Shown: piece by piece, positions 40,798-48,640 of the stretch
Numbering within the stretch: position 1 is the first letter of the stretch
Layout of the letters: every line of letters starts with the position of its first letter
Source of the DNA: an uncultured Spirochaetia bacterium
GTDB lineage: Bacteria > Desulfobacterota_D > UBA1144 > Nemesobacterales > UBA2774
Length of the DNA stretch: 64,000 nucleotides
Reading direction: 5' to 3'
NCBI GenBank assembly: GCA_964586675.1
Contig: CAZPHQ010000009.1
Span: forward strand, 16,216-80,215
Program-made: the position numbers and the translations under genes
Notes under the pieces: generated by a model
What the model was told of the DNA's origin: nothing
Database searches by the model: none
The model's input: only the letters and a program-made list of their open reading frames with translations

Positions 40798-41157
40798 CTA
40801 CGTGCTGGAAAAATGCCTTCCGATCATGCTGGTGTGATAATAATTGATCATGTGTTCGAGGGAGGCGATAAAGATCCTTATCGCCTCCTTTTTTATTTCA
40901 TCGCTTTTTAAGAATTCTTCCCTTTCATTATCAGACGCGAGCCTTCCGAGCAGGCCGTTCATGGCTCCTACAAATGATTCTTTCAGGTCTTTCTGATCGT
41001 CCCTCAGAATCACTTCTATAAATCCCTCGTCCTGGAGGTCATATTTTCTGGCGAGGAGCGCCGCCCTGAGGTCACCCGAGAGGGCAGGGGACCCAAGACC
41101 CGGAAACCCTTCGGCCGCCCCTTCGAAGACCTGAACAAGTTCGTCGATATAAGCCAT
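40798..41157 (-). CDS. hypothetical protein
   Basis: 119-aa ORF from the internal ATG. No motif recognised. Modest coding signal. Confidence 0.3.
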   Translation of the reverse strand: MAYIDELVQVFEGAAEGFPGLGSPALSGDLRAALLARKYDLQDEGFIEVILRDDQKDLKESFVGAMNGLLGRLASDNEREEFLKSDEIKKEAIRIFIASLEHMINYYHTSMIGRHFSST

Positions 41158-41160
41158 GGA

Positions 41161-42363
41161 TTGAAATATAACCTGAGATGGAAGGGGGGACAATGCACGG
41201 CGTGCGTGCGGACAGTCGTCCCGTCATTGCGAGGGCCCGACAATCTCGACACCCGCCATCGGGTGAACAGGGCTGGTAAAATACCCCGAAAATCGGAGAC
41301 GTTCGGCGATGAGGTCGATGTAACCCTCATCGACAAGAGCGCCCACTTCATTTTCGGCTTCTCCAAGCTCGACGTCATGTTCAGCCTTAAGACCCCTGAC
41401 GCCGTCCGTCTGCCGTACCGTAACTTTGTAAAACCGGGCGTCAGGTTCAGGCAGGAGACGATTACCGGCATCGATCCGGACGCGCGGCGCGTCACGACCA
41501 ACGCCGGCAGCTACGAGGCCGATTTCCTTGTCGTCGCGCTAGGGGCCGACTACGATCTGGGCGCCACGCCGGGGCTTGCCGTCGAGAGCAGCGAGTTTTA
41601 CTCCGAAGCCGGGGCGGAGGGGCTGCGCAGTAAGGTTCACGACTTCTCGAAAGGCCGGGCCGTTATCGGCGTTTCCGCGGCGCCCTACAAGTGCCCGCCG
41701 GCTCCCAGCGAATGCGCGCTGATGCTGCACGACCACCTGACGAAAAAGGGCGTCCGCGGCAGGTGCGAAATTACGCTGGTCCTGCCGTTCGGGAGCCCTG
41801 TCCCGCCTTCGCCCGAGACTTCCAAGGCGCTGGTCAGCGCTTTTTCTGAGCGCGGCATCGAGTTTATACCCAGCCGCCGGGTGGCTTCGCTCGACCCCGG
41901 CCGCCGCCTCGCCGTTCTGGACGACGGCGGCGAATTGCCCTACGACTTATTCCTGGGCGTGCCCAGGCACCGTGCGCCTCATGTCGTCGAGGAAAGCGGC
42001 ATGGCCGAGAACGGCTGGGTGCCCGTCAATCCGAAGACCCTCGAAACACGGTTCCCCGGGGTTTATGCGATAGGTGACATAGCGAATACCGGAACGCCAA
42101 AGGCGGGGGTGTTCGCCGAAGCTGCCGCCCGCGCTGTCGCAGATTCGCTGACCGCGCGCATACGCGGGAGCGAGCAGCCCGGATTTTACACCGGCGCGGG
42201 TTCCTGCTATATCGAGTTCGGAGACGGGAAAATCGGCCGGGTCGACGTGGATTTCTTCTCGGGGCCTTCGCCGACCGGAACTTACCACGAGCCATCGGTT
42301 CAGCTGCGGTCCGAGAAGGAGCATTTCGGATCGAGCAGGCGTGCCCGCTGGTTCGGCCTGTAA
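41161..42363 (+). CDS. sulfide:quinone oxidoreductase / NDH-2-like flavoprotein with atypical (possibly degraded) N-terminus
   Basis: From ...DVTLIDKSAHFIFGF onward it is collinear with SQR-type pyridine-nucleotide-disulfide oxidoreductases. No GxGxxG precedes this segment in the reading frame. A frame-shifted VIARARQS remnant and a GTCATTGCGAG repeat-like sequence lie at 41223... Confidence 0.65.
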   Translation: MKYNLRWKGGQCTACVRTVVPSLRGPDNLDTRHRVNRAGKIPRKSETFGDEVDVTLIDKSAHFIFGFSKLDVMFSLKTPDAVRLPYRNFVKPGVRFRQETITGIDPDARRVTTNAGSYEADFLVVALGADYDLGATPGLAVESSEFYSEAGAEGLRSKVHDFSKGRAVIGVSAAPYKCPPAPSECALMLHDHLTKKGVRGRCEITLVLPFGSPVPPSPETSKALVSAFSERGIEFIPSRRVASLDPGRRLAVLDDGGELPYDLFLGVPRHRAPHVVEESGMAENGWVPVNPKTLETRFPGVYAIGDIANTGTPKAGVFAEAAARAVADSLTARIRGSEQPGFYTGAGSCYIEFGDGKIGRVDVDFFSGPSPTGTYHEPSVQLRSEKEHFGSSRRARWFGL

Positions 42364-42416
42364 TTCGCTTCAATTCCCTCTTTGGGAAAAGGAGGGTCAG
42401 GGAGGATTTATTTTTT
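42363..42416. repeat. divergent copy of the G-rich hairpin unit between convergent genes
   Basis: tcaattccctctttgggaaaaggagggtcagggaggattta parallels tcaatcccccttaggaaaaggggggtacggggggattta. Confidence 0.4.
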
Positions 42417-43229
42417 CACTTCCTTCCCCGCGTCCGTGTTGGCCTCTATACCCTCCATCATCCTGAGCGCATACTTCCTGTTCTCGTACCAGTCGGGGTA
42501 AAAAGAGGGCTTCTTGTCATCCAGCAATAATCTCAGCTGCTCCATCGCGTCATCGAATCTCTTCTGCTTTATGTAATTCGCCGCGAGGTAGAGCCGCGCC
42601 GAGGAAAGGTGCGGGTCGATGTTGAGCGAGCGCTCAAGGTATATTTCGGAGATGTGAATGTCGCCGCCGAGAAGCCCCGGCAGGTAGAAATATAGCGCAC
42701 CGTTCATGGCGAGCCCCTCGGGGTGGTTCGGGTCGAGCTTGAGGATCGTATCCAGCTCCCTTCTGATCTCGGGCAGCATGAAGAGCGAATTGAAGAGTCC
42801 CTTCGTATCCCCGAGTGAAGCGAGGTTGGCGACGTAGAAGAAATGCGCGTCGGGATTATCGGGCTGCAATTTGACGGCCTTTTCCCCCTCTTTCTTCCCG
42901 TTCTCGAAAGCCCGTATGAGCTCGTCCTTCGTCCTTGCCTCGATATAGCCGTATGTCAGCCAGGCGCGCGAAAGGAAGAGGAGGGCGTCTATGTTATTCG
43001 GCTGAGCTTGCAGAACCCCCTCGGCGATTCGAATTGACTCATCGATACTGCCAGGCTTCTTGTAATAATCGCAAAGGAGCGTCCAGGCCTCCTGGAGCTT
43101 TTTCGAAGCGTCTGCCTCAGCTATGGATTCGGGCTCAGTGCCCGGCGCGGAATTCCCCGAAGAATTCGAGGCGGCTAAAAAGAGGACAATCAGCACGAGG
43201 CCGAATACGCGTAAAACAAAGAGCTTCAT
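42408..43229 (-). CDS. tetratricopeptide-repeat secreted protein
   Basis: Signal peptide, then several TPR-like helical repeats. Confidence 0.75.
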   Translation of the reverse strand: MKLFVLRVFGLVLIVLFLAASNSSGNSAPGTEPESIAEADASKKLQEAWTLLCDYYKKPGSIDESIRIAEGVLQAQPNNIDALLFLSRAWLTYGYIEARTKDELIRAFENGKKEGEKAVKLQPDNPDAHFFYVANLASLGDTKGLFNSLFMLPEIRRELDTILKLDPNHPEGLAMNGALYFYLPGLLGGDIHISEIYLERSLNIDPHLSSARLYLAANYIKQKRFDDAMEQLRLLLDDKKPSFYPDWYENRKYALRMMEGIEANTDAGKEVKK

Positions 43230-43252
43230 ACTGAATAAGTTTAGCCCACGGT

Positions 43253-44281
43253 TCAGTCCAAACCAAAGGTTCCTATATCTTCTATGACCGCGTGGAGGAG
43301 AGAAATCGTATACGCTATGTCCGACTTGTAGGCGAGGCAGCTCGGGCTGTGAAGGTAACGTACGGGCACTGAAATCGACGCCGCACGCGTGCCCTTTCCC
43401 GTAATTTGCATTGCAGTCGCGTTCGTGCTTCCCGCTTTTTTGACGGTTATCTGGTAGGGGATGTCGTTCTTCCGGGCCGTCTCCATGATGAAATCGCTGA
43501 ACGGCCTGTGAGCGACAAGGAACCTGTCGGAGAGCCTCACCTCCGGGCCTTTGCCGCAGTTGGCGAGCGTCTTGTAATCAGTGACTCCTGGAACGTCCAT
43601 GGCCACAGTCCCTTCGAGCGCTATGGCGAAATCGGGCTCGATCGCGGGCGTGATGATGTGTGCGCCACGGAGGCCGACCTCTTCCTGCACGGTCGCCGTT
43701 AAATAAAGGTCGCACGACTGGACCGGATTTTTCCTCATCGCCTCTATCATGACGAAAAGCCCGACCCTGTCGTCTATGGCCTTCGATATGACCGCCTCAT
43801 CCGTCTCTTCGAAAGGATAGTAGAAGGAGGCGACGTCGCCTACGCCAACGAGCTCCCTGACCTTATCCCCCGAAAGCCCGACGTCGACGACGCAGTCCTC
43901 TATCTCGGACACTTCCTTATTGTTCGTGTTCCGGCTTATGTGGGGCGGTATGGCGGCCACCGTTCCGACAAGCGGCTTTCTGCCCCAGACGAGTATACGC
44001 TGCCCATAGAACACCCTCGGGTCCATCCCGCCGAGGGGTATGACTCGGAGAAAGCCCTTGCTGTCGATGTGGCTCACCATGAAGCCGACCTCGTCCATGT
44101 GAGCGTCGACTACCAGCCGCGGCCCGTCGCCCGGGACATGGGCGATGACGTTACCCATCGGATCCTCCGATACCTCGTCCGTGAATTCGGAGAAGAGTCT
44201 CTTGATAATTTCCCTGACGGGGCCTTCGTGGCCGGGGAGGCCCGTGGCCTCGCAAAGCTCGATGAGAAGAGGAGTGTTCAT
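43253..44281 (-). CDS. M42-family metallopeptidase (glutamyl aminopeptidase/FrvX-like)
   Basis: ...HMDEVGFMV..I...GFL....GG... and ...D.RVG.... motifs. Start chosen at MNTPLLIELCE by family collinearity. Confidence 0.85.
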   Translation of the reverse strand: MNTPLLIELCEATGLPGHEGPVREIIKRLFSEFTDEVSEDPMGNVIAHVPGDGPRLVVDAHMDEVGFMVSHIDSKGFLRVIPLGGMDPRVFYGQRILVWGRKPLVGTVAAIPPHISRNTNNKEVSEIEDCVVDVGLSGDKVRELVGVGDVASFYYPFEETDEAVISKAIDDRVGLFVMIEAMRKNPVQSCDLYLTATVQEEVGLRGAHIITPAIEPDFAIALEGTVAMDVPGVTDYKTLANCGKGPEVRLSDRFLVAHRPFSDFIMETARKNDIPYQITVKKAGSTNATAMQITGKGTRAASISVPVRYLHSPSCLAYKSDIAYTISLLHAVIEDIGTFGLD

Positions 44282-44428
44282 AGGAAAATTGATTATAACC
44301 AAAGCCGGGCGGATTTCCAGCCGTCCGGGGCGACAAACTTAACGCAAAATTCACGCGATTTTAACCGCCAATTTACCGGGCTCCGGCATTCTGTCCGGAA
44401 CGTTATTAAAACCCAATGGAGGAATAAG

Positions 44429-47269
44429 ATGGTGAGGATAAATTTCAGACAAAAACTGATGTACTGTTTTGCCTTTTTAGCCTTCGCGTCCTTTCCGGCG
44501 TCCGCGATCGCCGGGCTGGATCTTACGGCCATAGGCACCTATGAAACAGGCGTTTTCGAAGGCGGGGCTTCGGAAATTGTGGCGTTCGATCCCGAAACGA
44601 ACAGGCTTTTCGTAATCAATGCGACAGACGCCGTCGTCGACGTGCTCGACATTTCCGATCCGTCCGCCCCAGTTAAAATATCCACTATAGACGTAACTAA
44701 CGACATAGGCCCCAACTCCGGCGTCAACAGCGTAGACGTAAAGAACGGCCTCGTGGCAGTCGCCGCGGAAAACGCCGACCGGACACTTCCGGGCTACGTC
44801 GTCTTCTATAATACTTCCGGGCAATTCATTACGAGCGTAGGCGTAGGGGTTCTTCCCGACTCGGTCAAGTTCTCGCCCGACGGCCTCATACTCGTCACAG
44901 CGGACGAAGGAGAGCCAATAGAAGACGATGATGGCAACCTTATAGCCAACCCGCCGGGTTCGATAAGCGTGATAAACATTTCAAACGGCGTACAGTCGGC
45001 TGTGGTCACAAGGCTCGGCTTCGAAGCGTTCGACGGCAGGGAAGCCGAATTCACGCAGAAGGGGCTCAGGCTGCAGCAGGGCGTCCCGATGTCGCTCGAG
45101 CTTGAGCCGGAATTCCCGGCCATATCTCCGGACGGCACGCGCGCATACGTTACGATTCAGGAGGCGAACGCCCTTGCAGTGGTCGACCTCGTGAACCCCG
45201 CGATAATCGATCTTCTTCCCCTAGGTTTCAAGGATCATTCCAAAGGCGCGCCTGCGCTCCAGACATTACCATTCAAGAAATTCCCGAATCTCGGAAGGGA
45301 CGCGAACGGCGTTCAGATCAAGCTGGGCGGTTTTTCGGGTCTCTGGTTCGAGGGCCCGGTAAAGAACAAGGGCAGGATAAGATTCCTCACTGTCGGCGAC
45401 AGGGGCCCGAACGGCGCCGACGTGGTGGACGGCTCCCGCACGTTTAATCTCCCAGGCTACCAGGCGAGGATAGTGACGATAGAAACCAACCCTGAAAAGA
45501 AACAGAATGCCGAAATAATGAAGGGCAAAACGATATTCCTCACCCGCGAAGACGGCTCGACGCCTATAACCGGGCTTCCGAACATCCCCGGCCACGACGA
45601 GATACCAGTCGACGCAGTGGGCAATCCGGTCAGCTACGACGCATTCGGCGCCGACCTCGAAGGCATAGTCAGAGACCCTTCCGACAACTCCTTCTGGATG
45701 GTCGACGAATACAGACCGGCAATATACCACTTCTCCCCCGATGGAACACTGATAACCAGGCTCGTTCCGGAGAATACGCATCTCCTCGGCGACTCAGCCC
45801 TGAAAGAGGCCGAGTTCGGCCCGGACGCGAATTCCCCGGGATTTTACGGCGAGGAGGCGCTTCCTGAGGTCTACAGCCGGAGGATGCTCAACCGCGGCTT
45901 CGAGGGAGTAGCTCTCGATCCCGAAAAGAGGCTCCTCTACGCGTTCGTGCAGTCTCCGATGGAAAACCCCGACAGATCGACCCGGAGCTCGCTCCTCCTG
46001 AGGATACTCGCCGTCGACGTGAACGAATCGTCGCCGACGTACCTCAGCCCGGTCGCCGAGTACGTATATGTCCTCGAAAGACCGATTGTCACGCCTAGCG
46101 ACGTCGACAAGATCGGCGACGCGGTGTTCATCGGGCAGGACAGGTTCTACGTGGTCGAAAGGGACAGCTCCTTCGACACGGACGGAAAGAAATTCATATT
46201 CGAAGTAGATCTCGCCGGCGCGACCAACATCAGGAGCCTTCCCATAGCTGACGAGGCAGTGACGGGGACACTCGAGCAGCAGACACCCGACACCCTCGCC
46301 GAGCTCGGCATAAGGCCGGTCTTCAAGAGAAAGCTTCTCAACCTTCCATCGATCGGATATACGCCGAGCGACAAGACGGAAGGCATCGCGCTCCTCCCGG
46401 ACGGCAGGATTGCGGTGATTAACGACAACGACTTCGGCATAGAGGCGGCCGCGGGCCTCGAGCCAGTTCTGGGGATCATTTCCCTAGGCAGCAACCATGC
46501 GCTCGACGCCTCGGATGAAGACAGCGCCATAAACATCGTGAACTATCCGGTTCTCGGCATGTTCCAGCCCGACACGATAACGTCGTATGAGTTCGACGGG
46601 AAAACCTATTACGTCACCGCCAACGAGGGCGACACGAGAGACTTCGGCTTCTTCTCCGAAGAAGAGAGGGTGGAAGACCTGATACTCGACCCGTTCGTTT
46701 TCCCTGACGCTTCCGACCTCCTCCTCGAAGAGAACCTCGGCAGACTTAAGACGACGAACATAATCGGCGATATAGACGGGGATGGAGACAACGACAGGAT
46801 ATTCACTTTCGGCGCGAGGTCTTTCTCGATATGGGACTCCTTCGGGAACCTCGTCTACGACAGCGGCGACGACTTCGAGAGGATAACGGCCGAGCTTCTG
46901 CCCGACTTCTTCAACAGCGACAACACTGACAACGATTCCTTCGATTCCAGGTCCGACGACAAGGGTCCCGAGCCGGAAGTTATAGATATCGGCAGGGTAG
47001 GAGACAAGGTCTACGCCTTCATAGGGCTCGAAAGGATAAGCGGCGTGATGGTGTACGACGTGACGAGCCCGTTCGCACCGTTCTTCGTGACCTATGTCAA
47101 TAACAGGGACTTTTCAGTCGATGCTACCGACCCCGCAGCGGGAGATTTAGGCCCCGAGTGCATCAAGTTCGTCCTGGCGGAAGACAGCCCGAGCGGAGAG
47201 CCTATTCTAATAGTAGGCAACGAAATCAGCGGTACGACGACTATTTACAGCATAGTCGAAACAGAATGA
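44429..47269 (+). CDS. large secreted beta-propeller protein (choice-of-anchor-I / phytase-like esterase domains)
   Basis: 947 aa. Signal peptide. Repeated ...DP.....L(Y)V.......V.V.D... propeller-like segments and phytase-like ...EGIA.LPDGR..V..DND.. segments. GGAGGA RBS. The upstream in-frame extension from 43940 overlaps the M42 gene and is rejected. Confidence 0.8.
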   Translation: MVRINFRQKLMYCFAFLAFASFPASAIAGLDLTAIGTYETGVFEGGASEIVAFDPETNRLFVINATDAVVDVLDISDPSAPVKISTIDVTNDIGPNSGVNSVDVKNGLVAVAAENADRTLPGYVVFYNTSGQFITSVGVGVLPDSVKFSPDGLILVTADEGEPIEDDDGNLIANPPGSISVINISNGVQSAVVTRLGFEAFDGREAEFTQKGLRLQQGVPMSLELEPEFPAISPDGTRAYVTIQEANALAVVDLVNPAIIDLLPLGFKDHSKGAPALQTLPFKKFPNLGRDANGVQIKLGGFSGLWFEGPVKNKGRIRFLTVGDRGPNGADVVDGSRTFNLPGYQARIVTIETNPEKKQNAEIMKGKTIFLTREDGSTPITGLPNIPGHDEIPVDAVGNPVSYDAFGADLEGIVRDPSDNSFWMVDEYRPAIYHFSPDGTLITRLVPENTHLLGDSALKEAEFGPDANSPGFYGEEALPEVYSRRMLNRGFEGVALDPEKRLLYAFVQSPMENPDRSTRSSLLLRILAVDVNESSPTYLSPVAEYVYVLERPIVTPSDVDKIGDAVFIGQDRFYVVERDSSFDTDGKKFIFEVDLAGATNIRSLPIADEAVTGTLEQQTPDTLAELGIRPVFKRKLLNLPSIGYTPSDKTEGIALLPDGRIAVINDNDFGIEAAAGLEPVLGIISLGSNHALDASDEDSAINIVNYPVLGMFQPDTITSYEFDGKTYYVTANEGDTRDFGFFSEEERVEDLILDPFVFPDASDLLLEENLGRLKTTNIIGDIDGDGDNDRIFTFGARSFSIWDSFGNLVYDSGDDFERITAELLPDFFNSDNTDNDSFDSRSDDKGPEPEVIDIGRVGDKVYAFIGLERISGVMVYDVTSPFAPFFVTYVNNRDFSVDATDPAAGDLGPECIKFVLAEDSPSGEPILIVGNEISGTTTIYSIVETE

Positions 47270-47317
47270 AAAAAAACGGCACCCCATTACAATATCTCTC
47301 TAACCTTCCTTGAGTTA

Positions 47318-47352
47318 CCCCCTCCCGAAAGGGAGGGGGTATTTCTTGTTTA
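47318..47352 (+). terminator. intrinsic terminator
   Basis: ccccctccc-gaaa-gggaggggg followed by tatttcttgttt. Confidence 0.75.
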
Positions 47353-47563
47353 GACTGTCTTCCTATCCTCGGGAAGCCAAGATTATTGGCGGTCAGTTTC
47401 TTCATGTACGTCTTCTCCTTGTAATATGCTATATATGTTATATATACTTTTAAGCGCGGAGCCTGCACGCCGCATTTATATCATTATCAAATTCCGGGTT
47501 ACATATACCGTCCGCGCAGCGGGTGAATCAAATCTCCACCCTCGCTACGTCGTAAAACGCACA

Positions 47564-48640
47564 CTACGTGTGCTCCTCCCAGGAGAGCATGCCGCTCCTG
47601 TATTCGGTGACCCTCGTCTCGAAGAAGTTTTTTTCCTTCCTGAGGTCTATAATCTCGCTCATCCACGGAAACGGGTTCTGTGAATGGTAGACCTTTTCGA
47701 GCCTTATACGCTCGAGCCGCCTGTCGGCGATGTAGCGGACGTACTCACTGACGAGGCCGGAATTAAGCCCGAGTATCCCCGCCGGGAGACAGTCGCGCGT
47801 GTAAGTCATTTCGAGCTCGACCGCTTTTTTGATATTGTCAGTGAGGAGCGCCTTGAACTCATTCGTCCATATACCCGGGTTCTCGTCGACGATGTTGTTT
47901 ATGAGCTCGGTGCCGAAGGCGAGGTGTATGGACTCGTCCCGGAGTATGAACTGGAACTGCTCCCCGAGCCCGGCCATCTTGTTCTGCCGGAGGAGGGACA
48001 GTATCATCGCGAAGCCGGCGTAAAAGAATATGCCCTCCATGATGACGTAGAACCCGACTAGGTCGTGAACGAAGCTCCGTATGTTGTCCTCGGTGTTCGT
48101 CGTAAAGCCGGGATCGAGGACGTTCTTCGTGAGCCTGACGACGAAATCGTCCTTCTCCTTTATCGTGGGGTTGTTTATATACATGTTGTAGACCTCGTCT
48201 GGGTCGAGGCCGAGCGTGTCGCAGCAGTAGATGAACGTGTCCGTGTGAATGGCCTCCTCGAATGCCTGGCGGAGTAGATACTGCCTGCACTCGGGGTTCG
48301 TGATATGGCGGTAGATCGAGAGCACGATGTTGTTGGCCGTGAGGCTCTCGGCCGTCGAGAAGAAGCCGAGGTTGTAGATTATCATCCGGCGCTCCTCTTC
48401 TGAAAGTGCGGCCTGGTCTTTCCACATCTCGATGTCCTTCTGCATGTTGACCTCGTCGGGCACCCAGTTGTTCGCGACGCCGACTTTATAATACTCCCGG
48501 GCCCACTTGTACTTGATCGGGAGTATCTTGTTCGGGTCCGTGACAGAGCAGTTGATTATGCGCTTGTGGTCGCCGCCCGCCTTTCCACCGCTTCCGCCGA
48601 CCTTGCCGTGGCTGCCGTTGCCGTTTTCGTTTATTGACAT
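47564..48640 (-). CDS. nrdB: ribonucleotide reductase class Ia beta subunit
   Basis: Ferritin-like di-iron fold residues present. Start at MSINENG, which has a GAGGAGG RBS. Overlaps the nrdA stop by 10 nt. Confidence 0.9.
   Translation of the reverse strand: MSINENGNGSHGKVGGSGGKAGGDHKRIINCSVTDPNKILPIKYKWAREYYKVGVANNWVPDEVNMQKDIEMWKDQAALSEEERRMIIYNLGFFSTAESLTANNIVLSIYRHITNPECRQYLLRQAFEEAIHTDTFIYCCDTLGLDPDEVYNMYINNPTIKEKDDFVVRLTKNVLDPGFTTNTEDNIRSFVHDLVGFYVIMEGIFFYAGFAMILSLLRQNKMAGLGEQFQFILRDESIHLAFGTELINNIVDENPGIWTNEFKALLTDNIKKAVELEMTYTRDCLPAGILGLNSGLVSEYVRYIADRRLERIRLEKVYHSQNPFPWMSEIIDLRKEKNFFETRVTEYRSGMLSWEEHT

Noticed and set aside
43940-44428. N-terminal extension of the big secreted-protein ORF
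   Set aside because: It overlaps the M42 peptidase gene on the opposite strand. A GGAGGA RBS and signal peptide begin at 44429.
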